A stretch of 64,000 nucleotides of DNA. It comes from an uncultured virus (IMG/VR IMGVR_UViG_3300026479_000008). Taxonomy: Duplodnaviria; Heunggongvirae; Uroviricota; Caudoviricetes. A model generated the notes under the pieces. The model did not search any database and had not been told where the DNA came from. It worked only from the letters and a program-made list of their open reading frames with translations. The position numbers were made by a program, and so were the translations under genes. Positions 47,170 to 57,104 of the stretch are shown here, piece after piece. The stretch lies in the IMG/VR virus record IMGVR_UViG_3300026479_000008; one strand, 5' to 3'. Every line of letters starts with the position of its first letter. Within the stretch, counting starts at the first letter, position 1.

Positions 47170-49226
47170 TATACTATTTCTACTTTTCCATGATACAATA
47201 AGGACTCTGTTTCTCCATTCTTTATATTAATATAGAATTTGTCTTCGAACTTATTTGCATCTGTTTTATCAAATCTTACAGCTGTGCCTTTAGGTATTTT
47301 AAAGAATACTTCTCCTAATCCTAAATCTATATTAGGAAATGAAGGATCATGTACTATTCTCTGTTCTATAGATCCGCTTTTAATAATTAAAATTATATTT
47401 TCAGCGCTTACTAATGAAACCGCTTTTTTATCGTCACCATCGGGCTGAGCAATATTAAATTTCACGAAGTTATCAGATACTTTAGATAATTTAATGCTAG
47501 CTTTACCTTCTTCAAAAAACTTAATGTTATCTAATTCTTCAGATTCTGTTAAATCTGTTGTAACGTTTGTAGCAGATGCTAATATACCATAAGTATCTAA
47601 CGCAACTGGAACATATTTAGTTTCTCCAACGCTCGGTCTAATTGAATTAACAAATTGATTTAATTCTCTATTTACTGTAGTGTTAGGTAGTTTATTATAG
47701 ATAATAGTAGGATCTACGTTTCTTAGATTAATCTTTTCCATACGAGTACCGTATTTCTTAGGATTATATGATGTCATAGTAGCAACCTTAATAATCTGTG
47801 TATTATCGGTTTCATTATACATTCTCATAGTATGTCTAATATAAAATGAACTTGCAATATCAGAATTAAATATGATAGGTCTAAATGGTATCGGAGCTTC
47901 ATAATTTGCGGTTTGAGTAAATGTCATAGAAGATGTGTCTAAGAAATCTAAACCTATTTGTTCACTAACTTCTATGTCATGGAATATTATGATATCATCA
48001 CTTGATGTTTGTATTCTTCCATTTATATAGTTTTCAAAACCTTGCCTAGATCCGTCCTTGGTCCCATATATTTGAAAATAATCCATATCTTCTACTTCCT
48101 CGACGTTTGCTGCAATATCTACATATTCGTCTTCCATTGCGACTGTAACATCAATAGTGTCTTCTACATTGATGTATTCTACATCTCCTTCTTCAGTTAA
48201 AGTGTTTATTAATTTTAAACTTATTTCATAGTTAGTAGAATCTAATATTGCATCTTCGTTTTCTCCAAAGAATGCATCGTGAAAATCTTTATTCTTAGTT
48301 GAAACATCAAAATAAATTAAAGAAGGTACTTTAATTTGTATGTATTTAGAATATGAAGTATCTCCTAATACAAATGAATTAGGATTACTAATTTCAAAAT
48401 TAGAATGATTTAAATACACAATAGATGTGAAATAATTATAGACTCCTGATTCTCTTTTTGCTTTTACCTGAAACATAAAACCTTCTTTACCTCTAGCTGC
48501 AAATGAAAATCCTGTCTTTAAGTGTAATCTTATAGTGTCATACCATACATCACTTACTATACTATCATCTACGTTTGCAAGAGAAGAGTCTGTTCCATTC
48601 CATGATGAACTATCTAAATATGCTAAATCATTTTTTAGTAAAGCCCATTTGCCATCATATTCTGAAGGAACTCCATAATATCTTCCAACTTCACCTGTTG
48701 CAGTTTTAATACTATTTCCAGTTTCTTGTTCTGGTTCTGCAAATAAAGGATTAGCTCTATTTCCTACGTTTATTTCTCCACCTCTAGCACTATCTCCAGC
48801 CATATTTTCATATGAATATTCAAATCTTCCATTAGTTCCTGGAGTATATATGTATGTGTTACCAATTAATTGGGTAGTTGAACCATCTATTGTGAATCCA
48901 GCTATATTGTCTATCGTAGAATCAGATAGGTTAAATTTATAAGTTTTGCCGTTTTTAAGAACTAATTGCCTAGACGCAAAATCATTAATAAAAACATAAC
49001 CATCTTGTATCTTTACACTGAAGTTAACAACATCTGCTCCTAATTCATGAATTAAGAATCTAGAGGCTGAATCGTTAGATGCCTCTGTGTTTAAAAATTT
49101 AAATTGACTTCCGTTGTCGTCGTTTTCTATCTTAGCATCATCTACATAATCAACATTTTGATCATGATACATGAACTCCATTAGAATGTCGTCATCTAGT
49201 CTTAAGAATTTGGATGATTGTGCCAT
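47169..49226 (-). CDS. Putative virion structural protein
   Basis: 685-aa beta-rich ORF in the tail operon. Confidence 0.5.
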   Translation of the reverse strand: MAQSSKFLRLDDDILMEFMYHDQNVDYVDDAKIENDDNGSQFKFLNTEASNDSASRFLIHELGADVVNFSVKIQDGYVFINDFASRQLVLKNGKTYKFNLSDSTIDNIAGFTIDGSTTQLIGNTYIYTPGTNGRFEYSYENMAGDSARGGEINVGNRANPLFAEPEQETGNSIKTATGEVGRYYGVPSEYDGKWALLKNDLAYLDSSSWNGTDSSLANVDDSIVSDVWYDTIRLHLKTGFSFAARGKEGFMFQVKAKRESGVYNYFTSIVYLNHSNFEISNPNSFVLGDTSYSKYIQIKVPSLIYFDVSTKNKDFHDAFFGENEDAILDSTNYEISLKLINTLTEEGDVEYINVEDTIDVTVAMEDEYVDIAANVEEVEDMDYFQIYGTKDGSRQGFENYINGRIQTSSDDIIIFHDIEVSEQIGLDFLDTSSMTFTQTANYEAPIPFRPIIFNSDIASSFYIRHTMRMYNETDNTQIIKVATMTSYNPKKYGTRMEKINLRNVDPTIIYNKLPNTTVNRELNQFVNSIRPSVGETKYVPVALDTYGILASATNVTTDLTESEELDNIKFFEEGKASIKLSKVSDNFVKFNIAQPDGDDKKAVSLVSAENIILIIKSGSIEQRIVHDPSFPNIDLGLGEVFFKIPKGTAVRFDKTDANKFEDKFYINIKNGETESLLYHGKVEIV

Positions 49227-49241
49227 TGTTTATTTATTATT

Positions 49242-50063
49242 TTAAAATCTAAGAAATTTAGGGGACCAGTATACTCCTATACCAATTGATGGACCAGTAC
49301 TTATAACTTGATTGTTATTCAAGTTAAGTCCATATTGAAATCCAACACCAATAGACCACCCTGCTTTTTTCTCATATTTATTATTTAATCTATCGTTAAC
49401 TAAGTTTATATTTTCTATATTAGTGAACGTTACTCCTTTATATGGAGTTGTAATTTTAAGTCTGTCAAATCCTTCTTCATTAATGATGGCAGCACTTAAA
49501 CCTATTCCCTGTATAATATCAAATCTAGAAGAGAATAAATTATAATTAGTGCTATCCTTTAAAAGAGATATACTTCCTTGAAATCTTCTCCAGTTATATT
49601 TATCAAACTCCCACTTATCGTTTACGTCAACTGTTATCGTATCTATATTATTTATAGAATCCGTATCAACGGTTACAACTCCATTTGCGTTTATTATAGA
49701 ATCTTTTACGTTTAAAGTTGTTGAAAGTAAACTATTAACATTCTCTAATTCGTTATTAATATTTAATTGATTAGCATATTTAGAAACTAGTTTCTTATTA
49801 CTTTCAGTTAGGGTGTTTACATCATACTCAAAGGATCTTATACTAGAAACTAATTCTTTATTTTTATTCTTTTCAATTATAATAGTATCTTGCGTGGCTT
49901 TATAGTTATTAAGGTTTCTATCAGATACCTTCTGAACTTGTATAATTTCTCTTTTTAAGTTTTGGTTAGAGTTACATTGTTGTAAAAGACAAAACAACAA
50001 AATCGCAAGTCCTCCGAAAAGAATTACGTTTTTGTAAAGTTTATATGTGTTTATTATATTCAT
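49242..50063 (-). CDS. Membrane-anchored coiled-coil protein, possible spanin-like lysis protein
   Basis: N-terminal hydrophobic helix, coiled coil, C-terminal amphipathic beta-hairpin ending in F. Confidence 0.45.
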   Translation of the reverse strand: MNIINTYKLYKNVILFGGLAILLFCLLQQCNSNQNLKREIIQVQKVSDRNLNNYKATQDTIIIEKNKNKELVSSIRSFEYDVNTLTESNKKLVSKYANQLNINNELENVNSLLSTTLNVKDSIINANGVVTVDTDSINNIDTITVDVNDKWEFDKYNWRRFQGSISLLKDSTNYNLFSSRFDIIQGIGLSAAIINEEGFDRLKITTPYKGVTFTNIENINLVNDRLNNKYEKKAGWSIGVGFQYGLNLNNNQVISTGPSIGIGVYWSPKFLRF

Positions 50064-50072
50064 ATCTTTATT

Positions 50073-53000
50073 TTAATCACATCTCAGCATTCCTCCTAGG
50101 GAAACCGATGCACCGGAACTTGGAGTTGTTATTATTACACTACCGATCGCTGCACAGAATGTTTGTGAAGGTCCATTTACCAGGATCGTATCAAACTGTA
50201 TAACACCGTTACAATCTTCATAAGAGTAAAGTGATGAGGAATTAGTCCCGGCTGTCACCACATGTGACTCACATAGACTAGGGCATGTAGCTGTTGTTAA
50301 AGAACCAGTATACGTAATTTGCGTAGAATTACCCGCTGAATGCTGTATTACAAGATCGTTAGTGGTATATCCCATGCCTAATTGCGAACATGCTGTCACT
50401 GATTGGATATCAATTGTTCCTATTCCAGTATTAATGTTAGGTGGATTTACGGTTGCAGTATACCTAGTTCCATTTCCAGTGTTTTGGGAAGTACCTGAAA
50501 TTACAATAGGAGTTTGAGTAGCATCGTTTGTTATATACTGTACCTGGTCGCTACCGTTTCCCGCTCCAAAGGAATAATCATCCAAATTAAAGGTAGACCC
50601 TCCTTGTATTTGAAGTGCTGAAGTAGGTGGATTATAGTTCTGTACGCACACTGATGGATCGTATCCCATTCCAGCCGGCTGTCTATTCCATGCTGAAGAA
50701 CTGTAATCCGGACTTCCACCGCCATTATATATACCGTTGTCAGTGTCAGGATCTAAATAATCTTCGGTTCCATCTTGTATCTTATCACTCCACCATGCAG
50801 TTCTAAATTTAATAGTAGAACCAGGATTATTATCTAAATAAGAATATATGTCGTTTGAAACTGAAGGTGATACTAGGATTTTAAATTCAACCCTCTGATA
50901 TCTTCTAAATTCAGTATCATTCTGTCCAGTATACCAATAATCCCAATCTTCTCCAGATAATACACCTGTCCCTGGGTTTTCCCATCCTCCGCTATACATC
51001 TTTTCTATGGTACCACCGGGACCGCTTATTGTCGGACCAACTTGTGTACCTATTGTTGCAGCCGTATTCCAGTGATTAGTACCCTCTGTATAGTTATATG
51101 GCATTGAATATTGTGGAAAGTCAGTTGTCGGGTCTATTGTTAAACTATCATAGAGGTCTTCTATTATACCTTTGTTCCATCTTGTAATTATAGGAACTTG
51201 AACCATCGCAACAGTTTGACCTATATCATTATAAATGTCTAAAAAGACCTCTGCTGGCCATGTCCATCTTCCCTGTTGATCATATAATTCTCCGCTTGTT
51301 AATGCGTTTGCTGTGGTAGAATTAGCCTGCTCATAAAGTGAAGGCCATACGGGCTCAAATTGACCAGGGCTTCCCGATATTGGACGTACTATTGCGCCGT
51401 CTGATGTATTAGTAGCCCAATCGCCATATCCTCCTCTACCTCCTGTTAGTGTTAAACTAAATCTGTTGTTCGGCGGAGGAGCAGAATTAGAAGGACTGTT
51501 TGATTGATTCATAGGACTATAGTGCCAACTCTCTTCTTCAGGATCTTCTACTTTAGGCAATCTATAAAAATAACGAGGAGTACCATACCAGCTATTTCCT
51601 CCTTTTTCCCATGAGCTTCCAGTTGCAACTATATGTGCAGATGGATCTGTTATATTTAAAGCCACCGGATCTATTCCCATACTGGACTGTCCGGGAGAAA
51701 CTGTATAAAAGTTGTTTTGATAACTAAAAATCTGACCTTCGTAATATGAACTAGTTGAACTTGGATTAAATTCTCCTACGTAATTCCATGCAGATGTAGT
51801 AGATGTATTTCCATTCCATCTTTCTGACCAGTCAGTAAACCATGAATAAGATTCTGCTTCTCTTTCAGTATTGCAATTAGGTGGTGATTCTGGAGAAGGA
51901 TTTGATGACCATGAGGTATCTTTACCTCTAGCTGTTAATCTTAAGTCAAATATATTAACTTGGCCGTATTCGAGTTGAACATCTGACGTACTTCCTGCTG
52001 ACCATGTTCCTGTTGTAGTATTTTTAATTTCTCTACCTGCTGATTGAAGTGGCTGTCCAACGATAATCGAATTACCTTGATATCCATTAGCATCTACTAA
52101 ATTTATTTCTCTCCATCTATCTGCTCCTGCTTCATCTGGTGAATTAGGAAATACTGCATCGTTATATGTTGTGCTATTGTTATCTAATAATTTAGAATAC
52201 ATGGCAGGGAATGTAAGAGGAGCAGGGCCTGTAACATTATAATATAAATCAGATGCTCCTAAATATATTAATTGAGGAGTTTTAACAACCGCATACTCAG
52301 TTGTTGCATAATTAGAATTAGTTGAAGTCTCACTTACCCATGCCTCTGTAGAATCAACAGTTATATCATATTCAATTGAATTCGCGTCTTGAGAGAAAGT
52401 AAATAGACCTCCTCCTATAAAATTAGGTCTTGATGCACCACTTAGTGATGTTATTTGGCCTACGTTTGTTGTAAAATTAAATGAAAAGGAATTTAAATTA
52501 GGAACAGTGTAGTTTATATTACTATTTTTCCAAGTTTGACCATTACATAAATACCATCCCTCATATTGCGTACCTGCAACTCCTCTTCCAACTACAATAT
52601 CTATCGTACTTGGATCACTATTTAAATTTATTGTTTGATTCTGTGTAAAGTTACTAACATCAATATATGTGTCATAATGAAAAGATATTATTGTTCCTAT
52701 GGGAACACTTGCACCTATTTCAGATGCTTCCTTAAAACCTATCGTTCCAGTATTGTCTAATGCCACCGCAATCTTATCTACATCTGGGTTAGTGTTAGTT
52801 GTTCCACCTACGTAAGAGTTATTAATTTTAAAAATACTACCTGTAAATATTGCATCGTTAGTAGAAAGAAATGATCCTGTAAATTTTACACCGTTAATAG
52901 CGTCCATTGACATCATCTCATTATCATTGACATCGTTGATTATGTACGTATCTGCATTCCATCTATATTCTCCTGCCGCTACACTAGATGCAAATTTAAA

Positions 53001-53555
53001 TTCTAGAACAGACTGTTCGCCAATTGAACTTAAAGCAGGATAATTAGTCAATGCTATGTCTAAATACTTATCTGTTCCTTTTTCAGATATTAATCTAATG
53101 TTAGAATCATGATAATTTGAATTCTTATTAATTAATAAAACGCTATTTAGATACCCCGATATTAAATTTAAATCATTATACTCATCATCATTACTTGCAT
53201 AACCTAATAATACGTTAGTTGGAGGGAAATTCACCTGTGTTGCTGGACCTGCCAGCTCATGTTCAGGTACTATAGTTTTAATATTAAGAGCTCCATTGTA
53301 CCATATTGCTCCGTCTTTCCATTTTGAATTATTAGAAGCGTCAGCAGGTCCTTGAAAACCCTGAGGACCGTCAATACCCTGAGGACCATCGTCACCAGTT
53401 GCACCCTGAAATCCCGTTTCACCAATAGAACCAGTGGCTCCCATTGGTCCACCGCCATTAGCAACTAACTGATCAAAGTTATAATTAACTTTATCCAGTT
53501 TTTCCTGTTGTGTATCAGATTGTAGAATCTGCTTTAAATTAATAGGTATTGGCAT
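50073..53555 (-). CDS. Tail fibre protein (collagen-like GXY, tail-collar-like domain, Cys-rich C-terminus)
   Basis: GPMGATGSIGETGFQGATGDDGPQG; VPIGTII...GWYLCNG...VPNLN; GATATATA at 53579-53586. Confidence 0.7.
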   Translation of the reverse strand: MPIPINLKQILQSDTQQEKLDKVNYNFDQLVANGGGPMGATGSIGETGFQGATGDDGPQGIDGPQGFQGPADASNNSKWKDGAIWYNGALNIKTIVPEHELAGPATQVNFPPTNVLLGYASNDDEYNDLNLISGYLNSVLLINKNSNYHDSNIRLISEKGTDKYLDIALTNYPALSSIGEQSVLEFKFASSVAAGEYRWNADTYIINDVNDNEMMSMDAINGVKFTGSFLSTNDAIFTGSIFKINNSYVGGTTNTNPDVDKIAVALDNTGTIGFKEASEIGASVPIGTIISFHYDTYIDVSNFTQNQTINLNSDPSTIDIVVGRGVAGTQYEGWYLCNGQTWKNSNINYTVPNLNSFSFNFTTNVGQITSLSGASRPNFIGGGLFTFSQDANSIEYDITVDSTEAWVSETSTNSNYATTEYAVVKTPQLIYLGASDLYYNVTGPAPLTFPAMYSKLLDNNSTTYNDAVFPNSPDEAGADRWREINLVDANGYQGNSIIVGQPLQSAGREIKNTTTGTWSAGSTSDVQLEYGQVNIFDLRLTARGKDTSWSSNPSPESPPNCNTEREAESYSWFTDWSERWNGNTSTTSAWNYVGEFNPSSTSSYYEGQIFSYQNNFYTVSPGQSSMGIDPVALNITDPSAHIVATGSSWEKGGNSWYGTPRYFYRLPKVEDPEEESWHYSPMNQSNSPSNSAPPPNNRFSLTLTGGRGGYGDWATNTSDGAIVRPISGSPGQFEPVWPSLYEQANSTTANALTSGELYDQQGRWTWPAEVFLDIYNDIGQTVAMVQVPIITRWNKGIIEDLYDSLTIDPTTDFPQYSMPYNYTEGTNHWNTAATIGTQVGPTISGPGGTIEKMYSGGWENPGTGVLSGEDWDYWYTGQNDTEFRRYQRVEFKILVSPSVSNDIYSYLDNNPGSTIKFRTAWWSDKIQDGTEDYLDPDTDNGIYNGGGSPDYSSSAWNRQPAGMGYDPSVCVQNYNPPTSALQIQGGSTFNLDDYSFGAGNGSDQVQYITNDATQTPIVISGTSQNTGNGTRYTATVNPPNINTGIGTIDIQSVTACSQLGMGYTTNDLVIQHSAGNSTQITYTGSLTTATCPSLCESHVVTAGTNSSSLYSYEDCNGVIQFDTILVNGPSQTFCAAIGSVIITTPSSGASVSLGGMLRCD

Positions 53556-53607
53556 TACTTAAATCTTTATTTATTTAGTATATATCTTTAATTTCTAGAA
53601 CTAATTA

Positions 53608-56600
53608 TTACTGGACCTTTTCCTCTAGCTCTTCAACATTATGGCATAAAATACCGTCTGCAATATAAACATCTTCATTTTCAACATCAATAGAATATGT
53701 GTTAACCGTTTTGTGAATAGTTTCATTAGAGTTAACTCTTGTCCATTTTTCATTAACATATATCATGTCGGTCGTATCAATATAAAGAGCCTGTTTAAAG
53801 AATATTTCTCCATCTGGTCTTTTTATTAATATAGGGTGTTCGTTTGTTATTTTAGTTAATCCGTTATTAATATCTTGATAGTTCTTATAAGTTCCTTTTA
53901 TTATTCTGACTATTTTAGCAGATGACTTAGGAGCCCTGAATTCCATCGCATTAGTTTTAAAATTTCTCCATTCACCACTATCGCTTAATCCTTTTATATC
54001 AAACGAATCTAATACATCTCCTACTTTTAAGTTTTCAACTAATTTAGTAGTTCCATTTGCCATACTAATTACAGTACCTTCAACGTGACATGGATCAATG
54101 GAAATTCCTATAGTAGTATCGCTAGCGAGTTCATTCAATGTACCACTATAATCAAAATCTAAGTCCAATATTTCACTAGGCTCTTCTATTGGCGTCATGA
54201 TACTTAGTGATACATAATTGTCACCTGGGTTGAAACTTACACTAGCCCAATTCATGCTGTTGCTAGGATCCTCTATAGTAAAATTAGAAGAACTAAGCTG
54301 GGATGGAGATATGCCACTAAGCGTAAAATAAACATTTCCATTACCTCCTCCACCGAAATAATTAAGTGTATTATTGGTATTTCCGTCATCCCAGTCAAAT
54401 ATAACACCGGATGGACTTCCTCCCGAGCATTCTGTCGGATTAGTGGCAGTTGCTTGACTATTTGAATCAATAGCTTTATAATGTTCACCTGTATATCCTG
54501 ATGTACCAGAGTCTCCAGTCCAGTCGGCTATTTTTATCGAGATGTTTGTTCCTGGAATAAAGGTATCTGATTTTAATAATGTAAGTGGATATTTTCCAAG
54601 ATTAGCGATTGAACTATAAAGAACTGTGTTAGAACTCTGGTCTTGTCTTACGTATATTTGGTTTGACAACCATGACGAAACTCTACCTTCATTCTCGGCA
54701 TTTGAATTAGATGCACCTAAATTCGTTACGCGCCATGATCCAGGGTTTTCTCCTAATTCAAACATATCAGAAGAATAAAATATATCATTACCTGAAGTTG
54801 CATCACATGCCGTAGTAGCACCTATTCCAAGAGAAAGGTCTCCACTCGACCATTGTACAAATCTAGATTTTATAACATCTCCTTTAAATTCATTATCATT
54901 TGCTGACCAATATTTTCTCCATGCCATATATAATCCAGAATCTATTGTTAACATACCACCGAAGCCAAAATTAACCAGATACGTATCCGTATTTGGTACA
55001 CTCCTATACCAACCATCAGTTAATTGATCTATGGTATTATTTCCATCATTACGTTTCCATATATGTGAAGTATTTTCATAATCTTTAAAATCACTAGAAG
55101 ATCCCACGACATCTGGATGATTGTCTATTTTATTAGAAATAAATACTTTTTCCAAAGAAGTGCCGGCTGGCCATCCAGTAAACCCGGTTACATCTGCCTC
55201 TGTCATTGTTACAGGAGGGAGCAGTCCGTTATTAGAAATACCAATGCTAGAATACGTACCGTCAACTCCATTTACACTTTCAGAATACATCATCCAGCAT
55301 TCTTTAGGCTCTGTTTCTAAAGCGTCATCTGAAGATATCCCAACACCATTAATATATTTTCTTGCATAGCCCCATCCATTCTGTCCACCAGATTCTCTAG
55401 CTAACCATCCGTCTGCTAATTCCTGTCCGTTTGAATAGCATCTTACATTACCATTTGCAAAATTATTATCGTTATTCCAATAAGCATCTAATTGAGCTCC
55501 ATCACTTGGAGCACCGTCTGCCGTCCATTGTATTGTTTCTGGGTTTAATGTAGTTGCATATTGCATTGCAATATCTATGTTAGTGCTGTACGTGCCTGGT
55601 GCGATAGTATTTGAATCCATAGATCCTGTCATCGCGTGATATTGTAATTGTATATTAGAAGAGCTGGTAGAGGCGGCGGCCGTACTCCACTTATAATCAT
55701 ATTCTTTCAAATAAATTATACTAATTTGTTCTCCCATTATGATATGCTCAGAAGGCGCAAACTGTATATTTTCATTGTCATATATTCTTACATCTTCTGT
55801 ACTATTATCAAAAGAATGTGATATGACATTAGGGTTTAATCCAGAACCATCGAGACCCAATGCACTAACTCCTCCTGAAAAAAGTATATTACCATTATAT
55901 GTGGCTAAGCTACCTCCACTTGTACTGCCTGATAAATCTCCCGTTAAACCTGCTATATTAGTAATAGCCCAGTCAAACCCGTTTAAGTTAGGTGTATCGT
56001 ATGCTACGATTCCTCCATCACCCCATGTTTCTCCATTACATAAGTACCATCCTGCATAAAGCCCGGTTGGTTTACCTGATCCGAAGTTTGTTTTAATTAC
56101 TTCATCTCCGTCTACAATTAACATAGGCCCTGTCTCGGCATCCGATAGATTAAAGTTCTCTTCACCAAAGAAGGTATCACTGGGTATTCTTATTATAGAT
56201 CCCACGGGGAATACTTGAAACATGTTAAAAACATCTTCCCATTCAACTCTTCCCTGTGTGTCGTGTGATTTTAGTAATTTATTTAAACTTGGAGAGTGAT
56301 TAGAATACTTTATCTCCCCTACTTTAAATTCTATTACACTACCCGGCGAGGTTGCATCTACATTAAGTTCATACGGAATTACGGATTCGGCACCTAATAC
56401 GTTTTGAATGGTTCCATTAAAATAAAACCTATTGTCTCTATCAAATTTTATAGCAAATTTATTATTTACGTGATCAGCATTGATATCCGGAGTAAATGTT
56501 AAAACAGGAAATTCAATATTATTACTATCTTCTTCTATTTTTAATCCAATATTATATGACTTATCGAGATGTTTATCTTCTGCAAATATGATAGAATTCT

Positions 56601-57102
56601 GAGGAGATGGAGTGGGGTTATTGGGGCTTGAACCGGTTGAAGCTTCTGTTATAATATTTAATGTTCCGCTCTTCGAAGCACTGACAGGCTCTGTTGATAA
56701 TTCACCATAATAAGGACTTATTAATTCCCCATTGCTATCTAAATGAGCCGATGCACCAATTGCTAATGTAACCGTTCCACTCTGATTAACAGCAACGGAA
56801 GGATATATTACCCTTTGTGTTGGATTATTATCATCTGTTATCTCTTGTGATTTCCAAGTTCCACTTGACTCTGGTCCTATCATACCCTGTGTTCCACGTG
56901 GTCCCTCAGTTCCTTGTAGACCGTCTTCACCCTTATCACCATCTTCACCATTTGGTCCTTCAATTCCTACAGGGCCACTTGGCCCTCCGTTTTTCATTAG
57001 TCTAAAATTAAAATTAATTTTATCAATTTTATCCTTTGACCACCATTCACTACTGTTAGGATCTAGATCACTCTTAAAAAGTTCTTTGATTCTTATGTTC
57101 AT
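53608..57102 (-). CDS. Tail fibre protein paralogue with C-terminal Hint domain
   Basis: GXY repeat; FPVGSII...GWYLCNG...TPNLN; C-terminal CHVEGT...TNEHP...ILCHN. Confidence 0.75.
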   Translation of the reverse strand: MNIRIKELFKSDLDPNSSEWWSKDKIDKINFNFRLMKNGGPSGPVGIEGPNGEDGDKGEDGLQGTEGPRGTQGMIGPESSGTWKSQEITDDNNPTQRVIYPSVAVNQSGTVTLAIGASAHLDSNGELISPYYGELSTEPVSASKSGTLNIITEASTGSSPNNPTPSPQNSIIFAEDKHLDKSYNIGLKIEEDSNNIEFPVLTFTPDINADHVNNKFAIKFDRDNRFYFNGTIQNVLGAESVIPYELNVDATSPGSVIEFKVGEIKYSNHSPSLNKLLKSHDTQGRVEWEDVFNMFQVFPVGSIIRIPSDTFFGEENFNLSDAETGPMLIVDGDEVIKTNFGSGKPTGLYAGWYLCNGETWGDGGIVAYDTPNLNGFDWAITNIAGLTGDLSGSTSGGSLATYNGNILFSGGVSALGLDGSGLNPNVISHSFDNSTEDVRIYDNENIQFAPSEHIIMGEQISIIYLKEYDYKWSTAAASTSSSNIQLQYHAMTGSMDSNTIAPGTYSTNIDIAMQYATTLNPETIQWTADGAPSDGAQLDAYWNNDNNFANGNVRCYSNGQELADGWLARESGGQNGWGYARKYINGVGISSDDALETEPKECWMMYSESVNGVDGTYSSIGISNNGLLPPVTMTEADVTGFTGWPAGTSLEKVFISNKIDNHPDVVGSSSDFKDYENTSHIWKRNDGNNTIDQLTDGWYRSVPNTDTYLVNFGFGGMLTIDSGLYMAWRKYWSANDNEFKGDVIKSRFVQWSSGDLSLGIGATTACDATSGNDIFYSSDMFELGENPGSWRVTNLGASNSNAENEGRVSSWLSNQIYVRQDQSSNTVLYSSIANLGKYPLTLLKSDTFIPGTNISIKIADWTGDSGTSGYTGEHYKAIDSNSQATATNPTECSGGSPSGVIFDWDDGNTNNTLNYFGGGGNGNVYFTLSGISPSQLSSSNFTIEDPSNSMNWASVSFNPGDNYVSLSIMTPIEEPSEILDLDFDYSGTLNELASDTTIGISIDPCHVEGTVISMANGTTKLVENLKVGDVLDSFDIKGLSDSGEWRNFKTNAMEFRAPKSSAKIVRIIKGTYKNYQDINNGLTKITNEHPILIKRPDGEIFFKQALYIDTTDMIYVNEKWTRVNSNETIHKTVNTYSIDVENEDVYIADGILCHNVEELEEKVQ
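53638..54090 (-). other. Hint (intein-like/BIL) domain, 151 aa, without homing endonuclease
   Basis: Cys1 (CHVEGTVI), VENLKVGD, block B TNEHP, terminal YIADGILCHN; followed by VEELEEKVQ*. Confidence 0.85.
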
Positions 57103-57104
57103 TT

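Noticed and set aside
33271..54488. Short alternative-frame minus-strand ORFs (33271-33558, 35184-35366, 50531-50725, 53270-53464, 54273-54488)
   Set aside because: Nested out of frame in long genes, with no motif or initiation signal.
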